A DNA stretch of 64,000 bases from Gammaproteobacteria bacterium (GCA_045564455.1 JBJLHG010000002.1:319106-383105), one strand, 5' to 3'; counted from the stretch's first letter, positions 38,851 to 48,986 are shown. Translations and numbers: made by a program. The notes: generated by a model from the sequence alone, not told the origin.

Positions 38851-39876
38851 TTGATAGCCGAGGAACTTTCAATCGATCAAAGACAATGGGTCTTTGAAAT
38901 GATAGGCGGCTTACATAGTTCCTTAGTAAAAAAAATCTCTAAATTAAGAATAGAATCAAGTCAGAGAAATTTTTATAGAATTTTTGATGATAAAGAATCA
39001 TCATATATTTTAATGATTGTTCCGGATGGAATTGAAGAAAGCATAGAATCTTTTTGTAGAAAATCAGAATTCTTATCTTCCATGGATGTAAAGGTTCCAA
39101 AAGTTTTATCAAGAAATAATGATTTAGGATTATTAATAGTTGAGGACTTTGGAGATAACCTATATCAATTCAATTTATCCGAAAAAAATGCTGACGAATA
39201 TTACAAATCAGCAATAGATCAAATTATCAAAATACAAGAATCTGAATTAAATAGATCAATCTTTAATGAATTTGATCAAAATGTCTTCGACCAAAACTGG
39301 TATATGTTTCAAGAATTTTTTTTAGAAAAATTGCTACATAACAAGGTATCTCATGAAACAGTAAAAATTATGAAAAATAAATATAATCAAGTTTGTAAAG
39401 AAATTGATAACCATTTAAAAGTGATATGTCACTATGATTTCGAATGCAGAAACATAATCTTTTTAGAATCCAAAGAGGCGGGCATCCTAGATTTTCAAGA
39501 TGCAGTGATAGGATCAATTGGCTTAGACTTAGCTTCTTTGTTTAAAGATTTGTACTTTTTTTGGCCAGAAAAAAAAATAATTTCTTGGTATGAATATTTT
39601 TTAAAGAATTCAAATCTAGCAAAGAATAATGATATTTTTTTAAGTGATTTAATAAAAATGATTGATTACTCGAGCATACAAAGACAGTTTAGAATTTTAG
39701 GAAAATTATCAGAAGTCTACTTAAACTTAGGAAGAAATGATCGTCTTAAAGATTTTCCTGTGGTGGCAAATTATTTAATAAATACTTCAAAGAAATACAA
39801 AGAAATAAATGAAATAGGAACTTGCATAAATTCTTTTTTACCAATTTTAAATAAAAGAATTAAGGAATTATCATGA
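38851..39876 (+). CDS. amgK: Anomeric MurNAc/GlcNAc kinase AmgK-like phosphotransferase
   Basis: 341 aa APH fold with HYDFECRN (HxDxxxxN) and ILDFQDA. TTG start. Located beside lptD and translationally overlapping murU, as in Pseudomonas. Confidence 0.7.
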   Translation: MIAEELSIDQRQWVFEMIGGLHSSLVKKISKLRIESSQRNFYRIFDDKESSYILMIVPDGIEESIESFCRKSEFLSSMDVKVPKVLSRNNDLGLLIVEDFGDNLYQFNLSEKNADEYYKSAIDQIIKIQESELNRSIFNEFDQNVFDQNWYMFQEFFLEKLLHNKVSHETVKIMKNKYNQVCKEIDNHLKVICHYDFECRNIIFLESKEAGILDFQDAVIGSIGLDLASLFKDLYFFWPEKKIISWYEYFLKNSNLAKNNDIFLSDLIKMIDYSSIQRQFRILGKLSEVYLNLGRNDRLKDFPVVANYLINTSKKYKEINEIGTCINSFLPILNKRIKELS

Positions 39877-40541
39877 AAGCATTTCTTCTTGCGGCTGGTT
39901 TAGGAACTAGATTAAAGCCGCTTACTAACGAAACTCCAAAACCATTATTGGAGGTCAAAGGTAAGGCTTTGATTGAGTGGAATTTATTAAAACTGAAGGA
40001 TAGCGGTTTTGAAGAGGTAATAATTAATACACATCATTTTGCTGAAAAAATTGAATCTAAGCTTGGAAATGGCAAACGATATGGTTTAGAAATTAAATAT
40101 TCAAATGAGACTGAAATCTTAGGAACTGGAGGAGCAATTATAAAAGCTGCCAATCAAATTGGCATGGACGATTTTTTATTACTGAGTGCTGATTTATGGA
40201 CTAATTATCCTTTTAGACGATTGATTAATATGAGTTTGACAGACATTGCTCACATGGTTTTGATAAGAGATAACAAAAGAGAAAGAGGTGATCTTGATTT
40301 GGAAAGAAATAATGTTTTAATTAATAAAGAAAATAAAGAATTTACTTACTCAGGTATTGCAAAAATTAGTCCTTCAATTTTTTTAAAAAAAGAAGTAAAA
40401 AAAATGGAGTTATGGAAAGATTTACTTTTACCTTATGCTGCTGAAGGAGCTGTTTCAGGTGAAATATTCAATGGAATTTGTTTGAATATTAACTCAAAAA
40501 AAGATCTAGACGGATTAGACGAAGCAATTAGCGAAAGGTAA
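39873..40541 (+). CDS. murU: MurNAc-alpha-1-phosphate uridylyltransferase MurU-like nucleotidyltransferase
   Basis: 222 aa with the nucleotidyltransferase loop LLAAGLGTRLKPLT...PKPLL. 4-nt overlap with amgK. Confidence 0.7.
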   Translation: MKAFLLAAGLGTRLKPLTNETPKPLLEVKGKALIEWNLLKLKDSGFEEVIINTHHFAEKIESKLGNGKRYGLEIKYSNETEILGTGGAIIKAANQIGMDDFLLLSADLWTNYPFRRLINMSLTDIAHMVLIRDNKRERGDLDLERNNVLINKENKEFTYSGIAKISPSIFLKKEVKKMELWKDLLLPYAAEGAVSGEIFNGICLNINSKKDLDGLDEAISER

Positions 40542-40550
40542 ACTCAAATT

Positions 40551-41219
40551 ATGTCAAAGCAATCTAATATTATCGCTCCTTCTATATTGTCAGCTAACTT
40601 TGCTTCTTTGGGGAAAGAAGTAGAAGAGGTTATTGCAGCAGGAGCTGAGTGGGTTCATTTTGACGTTATGGATAATCACTTTGTGCCCAATTTAACAATA
40701 GGTCCTATGGTGTGTAAGTCTCTCATAGATTATGGAATCACTAACCCAATTGATGTTCACTTAATGGTTGAGCCTGTAGATGATTTAATTAAAATGTTTG
40801 CTGATTCTGGAGCATCTTCGATAACTTTTCATCCTGAAGCTTCAAAGGATGTAGAAAATTCTCTTCAGCTAATAGAAGATTTAGGATGCAAACCAGGTTT
40901 GGTAATTAATCCAGATATTTCCTTAGAGGTTTTGGATCCATATATCTCCAATCTTTATATGGTCTTATTGATGAGTGTATTTCCAGGATTTGGAGGACAA
41001 GAATATATTCCAGAAGTAACAAAAAAGATTAGCAGCTTGAGAAAAAAAATAGATTGCTTGGCTAAAGATATTCGCCTAGAAATAGATGGCGGAGTTAAGG
41101 AAGACAATATTTCTGAACTTTCAGCTGCAGGAGCAGATACATTTGTGGCAGGTTCGGCAATCTTTAATAAACCTGATTATAAGGATGCTATCGAAAATCT
41201 TAAAAATAAGCTTAGCTAG
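40551..41219 (+). CDS. rpe: Ribulose-phosphate 3-epimerase
   Basis: 222 aa with [25 protein letters not shown] and DGGV. Confidence 0.93.
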   Translation: MSKQSNIIAPSILSANFASLGKEVEEVIAAGAEWVHFDVMDNHFVPNLTIGPMVCKSLIDYGITNPIDVHLMVEPVDDLIKMFADSGASSITFHPEASKDVENSLQLIEDLGCKPGLVINPDISLEVLDPYISNLYMVLLMSVFPGFGGQEYIPEVTKKISSLRKKIDCLAKDIRLEIDGGVKEDNISELSAAGADTFVAGSAIFNKPDYKDAIENLKNKLS

Positions 41220-41616
41220 TTTTTTATCTTTAAATTTTCATGCATCTGGTGCTTTAGAAAAAGACTATTGCAAAAAGGGGTTTGAACTTAATGACTCTGG
41301 ATATTGTCTGAAAGTATTAGATAATAACGTTGAGAGAAGAAAAGGTCTGATGTTTGAAAATAACTTGCCTAAAGGGCATAGAGTTATTTTTGAATGGTCA
41401 AAAGTTAAAAAAATATGCATGTGGATGAAAAATACCCCTTTACCTTTGGATATTGAATTTTTTAATCCAGCAACAAATCAAGTAATTGTTGAAAAAGGCA
41501 TTCCTTTTTCTGAGAAAAAAATTTGCCACAGAGCAAAAATAGTAACCGAGGCAAATAGAGGAGAGCTCGTAAAAAATTCTAATGATTATGGTCTCTCATT
41601 AAAATATGTTAAATAA
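41185..41616 (+). CDS. DUF192 protein with signal peptide
   Basis: The [20 protein letters not shown] core is typical of DUF192. I start it at the internal ATG 41185 ([22 protein letters not shown] is a plausible signal peptide). The track's 41086 start would overlap 134 nt of rpe. Confidence 0.6.
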   Translation: MLSKILKISLASFLSLNFHASGALEKDYCKKGFELNDSGYCLKVLDNNVERRKGLMFENNLPKGHRVIFEWSKVKKICMWMKNTPLPLDIEFFNPATNQVIVEKGIPFSEKKICHRAKIVTEANRGELVKNSNDYGLSLKYVK

Positions 41617-42955
41617 AAAACCTTTTTTTAAAGAAATTTCTGATAGCTTAGATTCCCCTTTAGAAATTTATCTAAAATTTTATGATGAAAGAAATTCTTA
41701 CTTTTTTGAAAGTGTAGAAGGTGGAGAGAAATGGGCAAGATACTCAATTATAGGCCTTCCTACTGATAATAAAATCTCTTTAAAAAATAATCCTTTAGAA
41801 GAAATAAATGAATTTTTAATTAAAAATAAAACAGAAAAAAATAGAGAGCTCCCAGAGTTTCATGGCGGTCTTGTTGGATATTTTAGTTATGACACTATTC
41901 GTCATATAGAGAATAAATTAGAGAATTGTTCTAAACCTCAATTAAATTATCCTGATATTTCTTTGATGATTTCAGATGAAGTTATTATTTATGATAATTT
42001 AAAAAAATCTGTTTTTATTATTGTTCATGGCTCATCACAAGATGAAAACTTGTGTATGAAAAGAATCGATGAAATACATCAAAAGATATTAGAACCGATA
42101 AAAGAGATAAAATTAAATAAAAAAAATAGTATTAAATTCTCTTCATCAGTGACAAAAGAAGATTACTTAAAATCAATTAAAAAAATTAAAGAATACATAG
42201 TTGAAGGAGATGTGATGCAGGTTGTTTACGGCCAAGAGCTTACAACTTCATTTGAGGGTTCCCCAATAGAGCTATATAAATCTCTTAGAAAGCTAAATCC
42301 ATCACCTTATATGTACTTTCTTAAAATTGATGATCTACATATAGTAGGAGCCTCTCCAGAAATATTGGTGAGGTTACAAAATAATGAGGTAACTGTCAGG
42401 CCTATAGCAGGGACTATAAAAAGAGGCTCTTCAGAAGAAGAAGACCAAATTTTAGCTGATCAACTTAAAAGCGATCCTAAAGAAATCGCAGAGCATTTAA
42501 TGCTTATTGATTTGGGAAGAAATGATGTTGGTAGAATTGCTAAAATAGGTTCTGTGGAAACAACAGAGCAAATGAAAATAGAAAAATATTCTCATGTTAT
42601 GCATTTGGTTTCTAATGTAGTTGGGGAGCTCAAGGAAGGTTACTCTTCAATAGATGTCTTGAAAGCAACTCATCCAGCTGGAACTCTATCTGGAGCTCCA
42701 AAAGTAAGAGCAATGGAAATAATAGATGAATTAGAACCTGATAGAAGGGGAATATATGGAGGAGCCATTGGATATTTATCATGGACAGGAAATATGGATT
42801 TAGCCATAGCCATTAGGACAGCAGTTATTCAAAATAAAATCCTAAGCGTAAGAGCTGGAGGCGGAGTGGTTTTTGATTCAGATCCAGAAGCCGAATATCA
42901 AGAATCAATGAATAAAGCTCAAGCAATAATAAAAGCTATTGAGGATATGGATTAA
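41606..42955 (+). CDS. trpE: Anthranilate synthase component I
   Basis: 449 aa with the chorismate-binding motifs LESVEGG-like FESVEGGEKWARYS, NPSPYM, GSPE, RGIYGGAIGY and AGGG.V.DS.PE.E..E. Confidence 0.93.
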   Translation: MLNKKPFFKEISDSLDSPLEIYLKFYDERNSYFFESVEGGEKWARYSIIGLPTDNKISLKNNPLEEINEFLIKNKTEKNRELPEFHGGLVGYFSYDTIRHIENKLENCSKPQLNYPDISLMISDEVIIYDNLKKSVFIIVHGSSQDENLCMKRIDEIHQKILEPIKEIKLNKKNSIKFSSSVTKEDYLKSIKKIKEYIVEGDVMQVVYGQELTTSFEGSPIELYKSLRKLNPSPYMYFLKIDDLHIVGASPEILVRLQNNEVTVRPIAGTIKRGSSEEEDQILADQLKSDPKEIAEHLMLIDLGRNDVGRIAKIGSVETTEQMKIEKYSHVMHLVSNVVGELKEGYSSIDVLKATHPAGTLSGAPKVRAMEIIDELEPDRRGIYGGAIGYLSWTGNMDLAIAIRTAVIQNKILSVRAGGGVVFDSDPEAEYQESMNKAQAIIKAIEDMD

Positions 42956-43521
42956 TGTTATTAATGATTGATAATTATGATTCTTTTACTTATAACTTGG
43001 TTCAATATTTTGGAGAATTAGGTGAAGATGTCATAGTTTACAGAAATGATGAAATTTCTTCAGAGCAAGTAAATAAAATTAATCCAGACTATCTAGTAAT
43101 ATCTCCTGGGCCTTGTTCGCCAAAAGAAGCGGGGATTTCAGTAGAGTTAATTCAAGAATTTAAAAATAGTATGCCTATTCTTGGAGTATGTCTTGGTCAT
43201 CAAGCTATTGCCGAAGCATTTGGGGGAAAAATTGTTAAGGCAAATAAACCAATGCATGGAAAAATTTCACAAATTCAACACGATAATAATTTTTTGTTTA
43301 AAAACATAGAGGCAAATCTTTCAGTTACTAGATATCATTCATTAATTGTAGATCCTAACTCATTATCAAAAGATTTTATTATCAATGCGAGAACTAATGA
43401 TGGGATCATTATGGGTATTCAACATAAATCTATGAATATATCTGGAGTTCAATTTCATCCCGAATCAATAATGACTAAAGAAGGAAAAAAAATTCTACAA
43501 AACTTTTTGAGCTCAAAATGA
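42955..43521 (+). CDS. trpG: Anthranilate synthase component II (glutamine amidotransferase)
   Basis: 188 aa with IDNYDSFTYNLVQY, GVCLGHQ and VQFHPES. Confidence 0.93.
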   Translation: MLLMIDNYDSFTYNLVQYFGELGEDVIVYRNDEISSEQVNKINPDYLVISPGPCSPKEAGISVELIQEFKNSMPILGVCLGHQAIAEAFGGKIVKANKPMHGKISQIQHDNNFLFKNIEANLSVTRYHSLIVDPNSLSKDFIINARTNDGIIMGIQHKSMNISGVQFHPESIMTKEGKKILQNFLSSK

Positions 43522-44537
43522 ATATTAAAGAAGCAATTAGAATTGTGAATGGAAGTAAAGATTTAACTTCGCATGAGATGTCAGAAGTTATGACTTTAAT
43601 TTTTAAAGGTGATTGTTCAGAAAATCTAATAATTGAATTCTTAGATAATTTGCAAGAGAAAGGTGAATCTATTTCTGAGTTAACAGGGGCTGTTGAAGTT
43701 ATGAGAAACTTTTCTTTAAAAGTTCAAACCGACATAACAGATCTAGTTGATTGTTGTGGAACAGGCGGATTGGGTAAAAGCATGATGAACGTTTCTACTT
43801 CTTCAGCATTTGTAGCAGCCGCATCTGGAATAAAAATAGCTAAACATGGGAATAGAAGCGCTACAGGAAAAAGTGGAAGTGCAGATTTGCTTGAAGCAGC
43901 TGGACTCAACTTATCTCTTAACCCTCAATCAATAGCTGAATGTATAAATCAAATTGGAATAGGATTTATTTTTGCTCAAAACCATCATCCAGGAATGAAA
44001 TATGTGATGTCAGCTAGAAAAAAAATAGGAAAGAAGACCATTTTTAATTTATTGGGTCCTTTAACAAATCCAGCTGGAGCTTCTATACAAGCCATTGGTG
44101 TTTTTGATACTAAATGGGTTGTTCCTGTAGCCGAAACTCTTCAAAAATTGGGAGCTCAAAGAGCTTTAGTCTTTCATTCTCTTGATGGATTAGATGAAAT
44201 AAGTATTGCAGATAAAACTTATTTGGCAGAGCTTAGAAATAATCAAATTAGTGAATTAGAACTTGATCCAAAACTTTTCGGGATGAATTATGATGATCTC
44301 GAGGCTTTAAAAGTTAAATCACCTGAAGATAGTTATAAGAAAGTTATAGATGCTTTAAATGGTAGTTTTGATGAAGGCTCATCAATTATTAAATTAAATG
44401 CAGGTGCAGTTATTTATTTATCTGGAAAAACAAAAAGCATTGAAGAGGGAGTTTTAAAAGCTGATGAATATATAAAAAATGGACAAAGCTTGAAAAAACT
44501 TGATGAGCTTGTTTCTATATCCCAACAACTATTCTAA
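43518..44537 (+). CDS. trpD: Anthranilate phosphoribosyltransferase
   Basis: 339 aa with DCCGTGG, KHGNRS..GKSGSADLLEA and LLGPLTNPA. Confidence 0.93.
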   Translation: MNIKEAIRIVNGSKDLTSHEMSEVMTLIFKGDCSENLIIEFLDNLQEKGESISELTGAVEVMRNFSLKVQTDITDLVDCCGTGGLGKSMMNVSTSSAFVAAASGIKIAKHGNRSATGKSGSADLLEAAGLNLSLNPQSIAECINQIGIGFIFAQNHHPGMKYVMSARKKIGKKTIFNLLGPLTNPAGASIQAIGVFDTKWVVPVAETLQKLGAQRALVFHSLDGLDEISIADKTYLAELRNNQISELELDPKLFGMNYDDLEALKVKSPEDSYKKVIDALNGSFDEGSSIIKLNAGAVIYLSGKTKSIEEGVLKADEYIKNGQSLKKLDELVSISQQLF

Positions 44538-44539
44538 AA

Positions 44540-45325
44540 ATGAATCATCTAGATAAAATTTTAATAGAAAAAAAAATCAGCATTTCTTTTTTAAAAAAAA
44601 ATAACTCTATTTCTAAGTTAGAAGAAAATTTTAATAACTTTTCTAAAAGAAATTTTGTAGAAGCTTTAAGTAAAAAAATTTCAGCTCAAAATATTGCTGT
44701 TATAGCAGAGATTAAAAAATCATCTCCAAGTAAAGGAGTAATAAGAGAAAAATTTATTTTGGAAGATATTGCTAAAGATTATTCTAAAAACGGAGCTTCA
44801 TGTCTGAGCATTTTAACAGATGAACCTTTTTTTAAAGGAAAAATAGAATATGTTGAGCAAGCTAGAAACGTTGTTGATATTCCTATTTTAAGAAAAGATT
44901 TTATTATTGATGATATTCAGATATCAGAAACCAAAGCTATTGGAGCAGATTGTATTTTGTTAATAGTTGCAGCTTTAGATGATTATCAGCTAAATGACTT
45001 TTACGCACATTCAAAAAATATAGATCTAGATGTTTTGGTGGAAGTTCATAATTTTAAAGAATTAGAAAGAGCTTTAAAAATTTCTCCAGAATTATTAGGC
45101 ATTAATAATAGAAACCTTTCTACCTTTGAGGTTGATATTCAAAACTCAATCGAACTATTAAAAGAAATCCCTAATGAAGTGACTGTAATTTCTGAAAGCG
45201 GTATCTTAAATCAGGCGCACTTAAAGAAGTTAACTGAAGCCGGGATCTATGGATTTTTAATAGGTGAAAAATTTATGCGTGCTGAAAGTCCAGGTCAAGA
45301 TTTAGCTGAATTGATATCTCTTTGA
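44540..45325 (+). CDS. trpC: Indole-3-glycerol phosphate synthase
   Basis: 261 aa with IAEIKK.SPSKG, LSILTDE.FF.G, ILRKDFI, GINNRNL and ESGI. Confidence 0.92.
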   Translation: MNHLDKILIEKKISISFLKKNNSISKLEENFNNFSKRNFVEALSKKISAQNIAVIAEIKKSSPSKGVIREKFILEDIAKDYSKNGASCLSILTDEPFFKGKIEYVEQARNVVDIPILRKDFIIDDIQISETKAIGADCILLIVAALDDYQLNDFYAHSKNIDLDVLVEVHNFKELERALKISPELLGINNRNLSTFEVDIQNSIELLKEIPNEVTVISESGILNQAHLKKLTEAGIYGFLIGEKFMRAESPGQDLAELISL

Positions 45326-46575
45326 CCAATATCTCTCCTATAAAAAGAATCCTTCCAATTGATCTTGCTAACTGATTCATAGGCATTTGATATTGCATCG
45401 GGTAAAGTTTCTCCTAAAGCTGTAACACAGAGGACTCTCCCCCCGTTTGTTTTAGTAAGATCTCCATCTTTAACAGTTCCGCAATGAAACACTTTCAGAT
45501 CTTCCGTTTCTTTAGGAATTCCATTTATTTCGTATCCTTTTCTATAAGATTCAGGATAGCCTCCCGAAGCCATAACAACGCCAATAGATTTTTTTTCATC
45601 CCAAATTATTTCACAATCTTTCAGATTGTACTCACAGGCTTTTAAGCATAGCTCTGCAAAATCAGTTTTCATTCTCATTAAGATAGGCTGAGTTTCTGGA
45701 TCTCCAAATCTACAATTATATTCAAGAACTTTTATTTCATTTCCATTAATCATTAAGCCAGCGTATAGAAATCCTTTGTATTCAATTCCTCTGTTTTTTA
45801 ATTCATTTAAAGTTGGAGTGATAACTTTTTCCATTACCTCATCATGCATTTTTCTAGTTACCAAAGGGGTAGGGGAGTAGGCTCCCATTCCACCTGTGTT
45901 TGGACCTTTATCACCATCATCTCTTTGCTTGTGATCTTGTGAAGTAGCAAAAGGAACAATATTTTTTCCATCTGTCAAAACAATAAAACTAGCTTCCTGA
46001 CCTGATAAAAAATCTTCAATAATTATTGAATTTCCCGCATCTCCTACTTTTCTTTCATTCATAATGGAGTTAACTGCAGCAATTGCAATTTGCTTTTCGT
46101 GAGCGACAACTACCCCTTTCCCGGCAGCCAAACCATCTGCTTTAATAACTATTGGAGCATCAATTGTTTCTATGTACATTAAAGCTTGCTTAGGATCGTT
46201 AAAAACCTCGTATTTAGCAGTAGGAATTCCAGCGCTTACTAAAATATCTTTCATAAAGGCTTTAGATCCTTCTAATTGAGCTGCAGATGCATTGGGGCCT
46301 AAGCAAAGAAGATTTTTATCACTAAATCTATCTACAATTCCATGCACTAAAGGATCTTCTGGACCAACGATAGTTAATTTTATTTTTCTGGATAGAGCAA
46401 AATTTAGAAGCCCCTCAATATCTCCTGAATCAATTGCAACATTTTCTATTTTTTCTTCTGAAGCTGTTCCAGCATTACCAGGTGCAACATAGACTTTCTT
46501 TGTAGAAGAACTTTGAGCAAGCTTCCAAGCTAAAGCATGTTCTCTCCCACCAGAGCCAATAACTAATATATCCAT
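45295..46575 (-). CDS. purD: Phosphoribosylamine-glycine ligase
   Basis: 426 aa with VIGSGGREHALAWKL, ATP-grasp motifs and GGRVL.V.A.G. The 3' end overlaps trpC by 31 nt, convergent. Confidence 0.93.
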   Translation of the reverse strand: MDILVIGSGGREHALAWKLAQSSSTKKVYVAPGNAGTASEEKIENVAIDSGDIEGLLNFALSRKIKLTIVGPEDPLVHGIVDRFSDKNLLCLGPNASAAQLEGSKAFMKDILVSAGIPTAKYEVFNDPKQALMYIETIDAPIVIKADGLAAGKGVVVAHEKQIAIAAVNSIMNERKVGDAGNSIIIEDFLSGQEASFIVLTDGKNIVPFATSQDHKQRDDGDKGPNTGGMGAYSPTPLVTRKMHDEVMEKVITPTLNELKNRGIEYKGFLYAGLMINGNEIKVLEYNCRFGDPETQPILMRMKTDFAELCLKACEYNLKDCEIIWDEKKSIGVVMASGGYPESYRKGYEINGIPKETEDLKVFHCGTVKDGDLTKTNGGRVLCVTALGETLPDAISNAYESVSKINWKDSFYRRDIGQRDINSAKS

Positions 46576-46576
46576 A

Positions 46577-48136
46577 TTAATGACGAAAATGCCTCATTCC
46601 AGTAAACATCATAATCATATTAGCTTCATCTGCTGCTTGAATTACTTCTTCGTCTCGAATAGAACCACCTGGTTGGATTATGCAAGAAATACCATTCTTT
46701 GCTGCTTCATCAATACTGTCTCTAAAAGGGAAAAAGGCATCAGATGCCATACAAGCTCCCTCTAAGGAAAAACCCGCTATTTTTGCTTTTTTAACTGCAA
46801 TTTCAGCACTATCTATTCTGCTCATCTGACCAGCTCCTATACCAAGTGTTTTATTATCATTAGCATAGATAATTGCATTAGATTTAACATATTTACAAAC
46901 ACTCCATGCAAATAAAGAATTTCTTATTTCCTCTTCACTAGGTAGTTTTTTAGAAACTATTTTTAAATCATTTGAAGTTATAGATCCGCTATCAATGCTT
47001 TGAACTAGCAAGCCACTATTTACTGTATGTAATTTTACTCCCGAAGATATTGTCTTAAGATTATCTACTTTTAAAACTCTTAAGTTTTTTTTCGAGGTTA
47101 AAACCTTTAAAGCATCTACGGAATAATTTGGAGCAGCAATAACCTCTATAAATTGATTGTCTATCATAAAAGAGGCAGCTCCTTCATCGACTTCTGTATT
47201 AAAAGAAATAATTCCACCAAAAGCCGAAGTAGGGTCACAAGCAAAAGCTTTTTTGTATGCATCTAAAGCTGTAATAGAAGAAGCAACTCCACAAGGATTA
47301 GCATGCTTAACTATTACACATGTAGGCTCTTTAAAATTACTGACACATTCAATGGCTGCATCGGTGTCAGCAATATTATTATAGGAAAGCTCTTTTCCTT
47401 GAATTTGTTCAGAAGAAGTTATTCCTGCTGAGGTTTGGGATATATTTTTGTAGAAAGCTGCTTCTTGATGAGGATTTTCGCCATATCTTAAATTTTCAGT
47501 TTTCTTAAACTGCCCAAAAAGGGTTTTAGGAAAATCTAGCGTATCTTTTTTCTCAAAATAGTTAGATATAGCTTGATCATATTCTGTAACTAGGTTGAAA
47601 GCTTCTCCGGCTAAATTTAATCTAGTTTGATAGGAGCATTCGTTCGTTTTTAGTAATTCCTTAGAAAAATCTTCATATAAATGAGGAGATGAAATTACTG
47701 CGACATGAAAAAAATTTTTAGCAGCAGCCCTTATCATTGTAGGACCACCAATATCAATATTTTCTATAGCTTCATCTACTGTCACATCATCTTTAGAGGT
47801 TGTTTCTTCAAATGGATAAAGGTTAACAACCACAAGATCAATTTCTTCAATTTTATTTTTTTTTACTTCATCAGAATCTAGATCTCTTCTTGAAAGAATT
47901 CCACCATGTACCTTAGGATGAAGTGTTTTTACTCTCCCTTGCATCATTTCTGAAGAACCTGAGAATTCGCTTATATCTTTAACTTTAATCCCTTTTTCTT
48001 CAAGAACTTTTAAGGTTCCTCCGGTAGAAATTATTTCTACCTCTAACAGCTCTAGAGTTTTAGCTAAGTCTACTATCCCAGCTTTATCAGAAACGCTTAA
48101 CAAAGCTCTTTTAATTTTTATGGCTTTATTTTTCAT
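46577..48136 (-). CDS. purH: Bifunctional AICAR transformylase / IMP cyclohydrolase
   Basis: 519 aa with ALLSVSDK.G, STGGT, KTLHPK.HGG, GQ.SR.DS and the C-terminal FTG.RHFRH. Confidence 0.94.
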   Translation of the reverse strand: MKNKAIKIKRALLSVSDKAGIVDLAKTLELLEVEIISTGGTLKVLEEKGIKVKDISEFSGSSEMMQGRVKTLHPKVHGGILSRRDLDSDEVKKNKIEEIDLVVVNLYPFEETTSKDDVTVDEAIENIDIGGPTMIRAAAKNFFHVAVISSPHLYEDFSKELLKTNECSYQTRLNLAGEAFNLVTEYDQAISNYFEKKDTLDFPKTLFGQFKKTENLRYGENPHQEAAFYKNISQTSAGITSSEQIQGKELSYNNIADTDAAIECVSNFKEPTCVIVKHANPCGVASSITALDAYKKAFACDPTSAFGGIISFNTEVDEGAASFMIDNQFIEVIAAPNYSVDALKVLTSKKNLRVLKVDNLKTISSGVKLHTVNSGLLVQSIDSGSITSNDLKIVSKKLPSEEEIRNSLFAWSVCKYVKSNAIIYANDNKTLGIGAGQMSRIDSAEIAVKKAKIAGFSLEGACMASDAFFPFRDSIDEAAKNGISCIIQPGGSIRDEEVIQAADEANMIMMFTGMRHFRH

Positions 48137-48139
48137 GAG

Positions 48140-48385
48140 TTAAATAAGTTTATGGCTTTTTAGTTTAGTTCTAAGCGTTCCTCTATTAATACCAAGAATT
48201 TTACAAGCCTCAGATTGATTTCCCTTACAGTGCTTCAAAACTTCTTCTAGCATTGGACCCTCTACTTCAGTCATGACCATTTGGTAGACTTCTGAGGCTT
48301 TACTTCCATCAAGTTCTTTAAAATACCTTCTAAGAGCTATACCCACCTGATATCTTAAAGTTTTTTTTTCTTCATTACTGACCAT
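48140..48385 (-). CDS. fis: Nucleoid-associated protein Fis (short form)
   Basis: 81 aa. LRYQVGIALRRYFKELDG...VMTEVEGPMLEEVLKHCKGNQSEACKILGINRGTLRTKLK aligns with E. coli Fis residues from about 26 to the end. The fis-purH-purD order matches Pseudomonas. Confidence 0.88.
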   Translation of the reverse strand: MVSNEEKKTLRYQVGIALRRYFKELDGSKASEVYQMVMTEVEGPMLEEVLKHCKGNQSEACKILGINRGTLRTKLKSHKLI

Positions 48386-48389
48386 TTAA

Positions 48390-48944
48390 TTAATTAATGA
48401 TAGTTTGCAATTGCGCGCCTAAATTTATTAATCTAATTTCTCCATTTTCTTTTTCAATTTTTGTTATCGAACAATTATCAGGATAAAAACTAACAACTTC
48501 CTTATTGTTTGTGAGATGACTAACTATAATATTTATTACCATGAAATGTGAAAAAATTATTGATGGTTTTTTTATTTCTTTAAGTTCACTAATTATTTTT
48601 TGGTACCACTTTTTTTGTGGCGTCTCAAGATCAATTAAATTTTTACTAAAAATATCTTGCAGCCAAGCCTTCCTGTCTTGAAGATTTATCCCAGGAGAAG
48701 GTATTTCAGCAAATAAAGGTTTAATAATAATTTTATCATTTAAATTTTTAGATAATGCTTCACCAGTCTCTTTTGCTCTAGATAAAGGACTAGAAATTAA
48801 TTCAAATGACTCAATATTTTTAATTTTCAAAAGAGTATTTGCACATTCTTTTGCTTGTTTTTTTCCTAAGTTACTTAATCCCGGATCAGTTGACCTTTCC
48901 CAAGATGCTGAAGCTTCTCCATGCCTAACTAAGATAATTTCCAT
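48390..48944 (-). CDS. Histidine phosphatase superfamily protein (branch 1)
   Basis: 184 aa with the RHG motif at ILVRHGEA, SPLSRAKET and a later H in FSHFMVI. Substrate not inferable. Confidence 0.75.
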   Translation of the reverse strand: MEIILVRHGEASASWERSTDPGLSNLGKKQAKECANTLLKIKNIESFELISSPLSRAKETGEALSKNLNDKIIIKPLFAEIPSPGINLQDRKAWLQDIFSKNLIDLETPQKKWYQKIISELKEIKKPSIIFSHFMVINIIVSHLTNNKEVVSFYPDNCSITKIEKENGEIRLINLGAQLQTIIN

Positions 48945-48986
48945 CTGATATCTAATTTTTATATAAATTAATGTACGATTTACTGC

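Noticed and set aside
41086-41184. The upstream 33 codons of the DUF192 ORF as given in the track.
   Set aside because: This segment overlaps rpe coding sequence and lacks signal-peptide character. The internal ATG at 41185 gives a typical secreted DUF192 protein.
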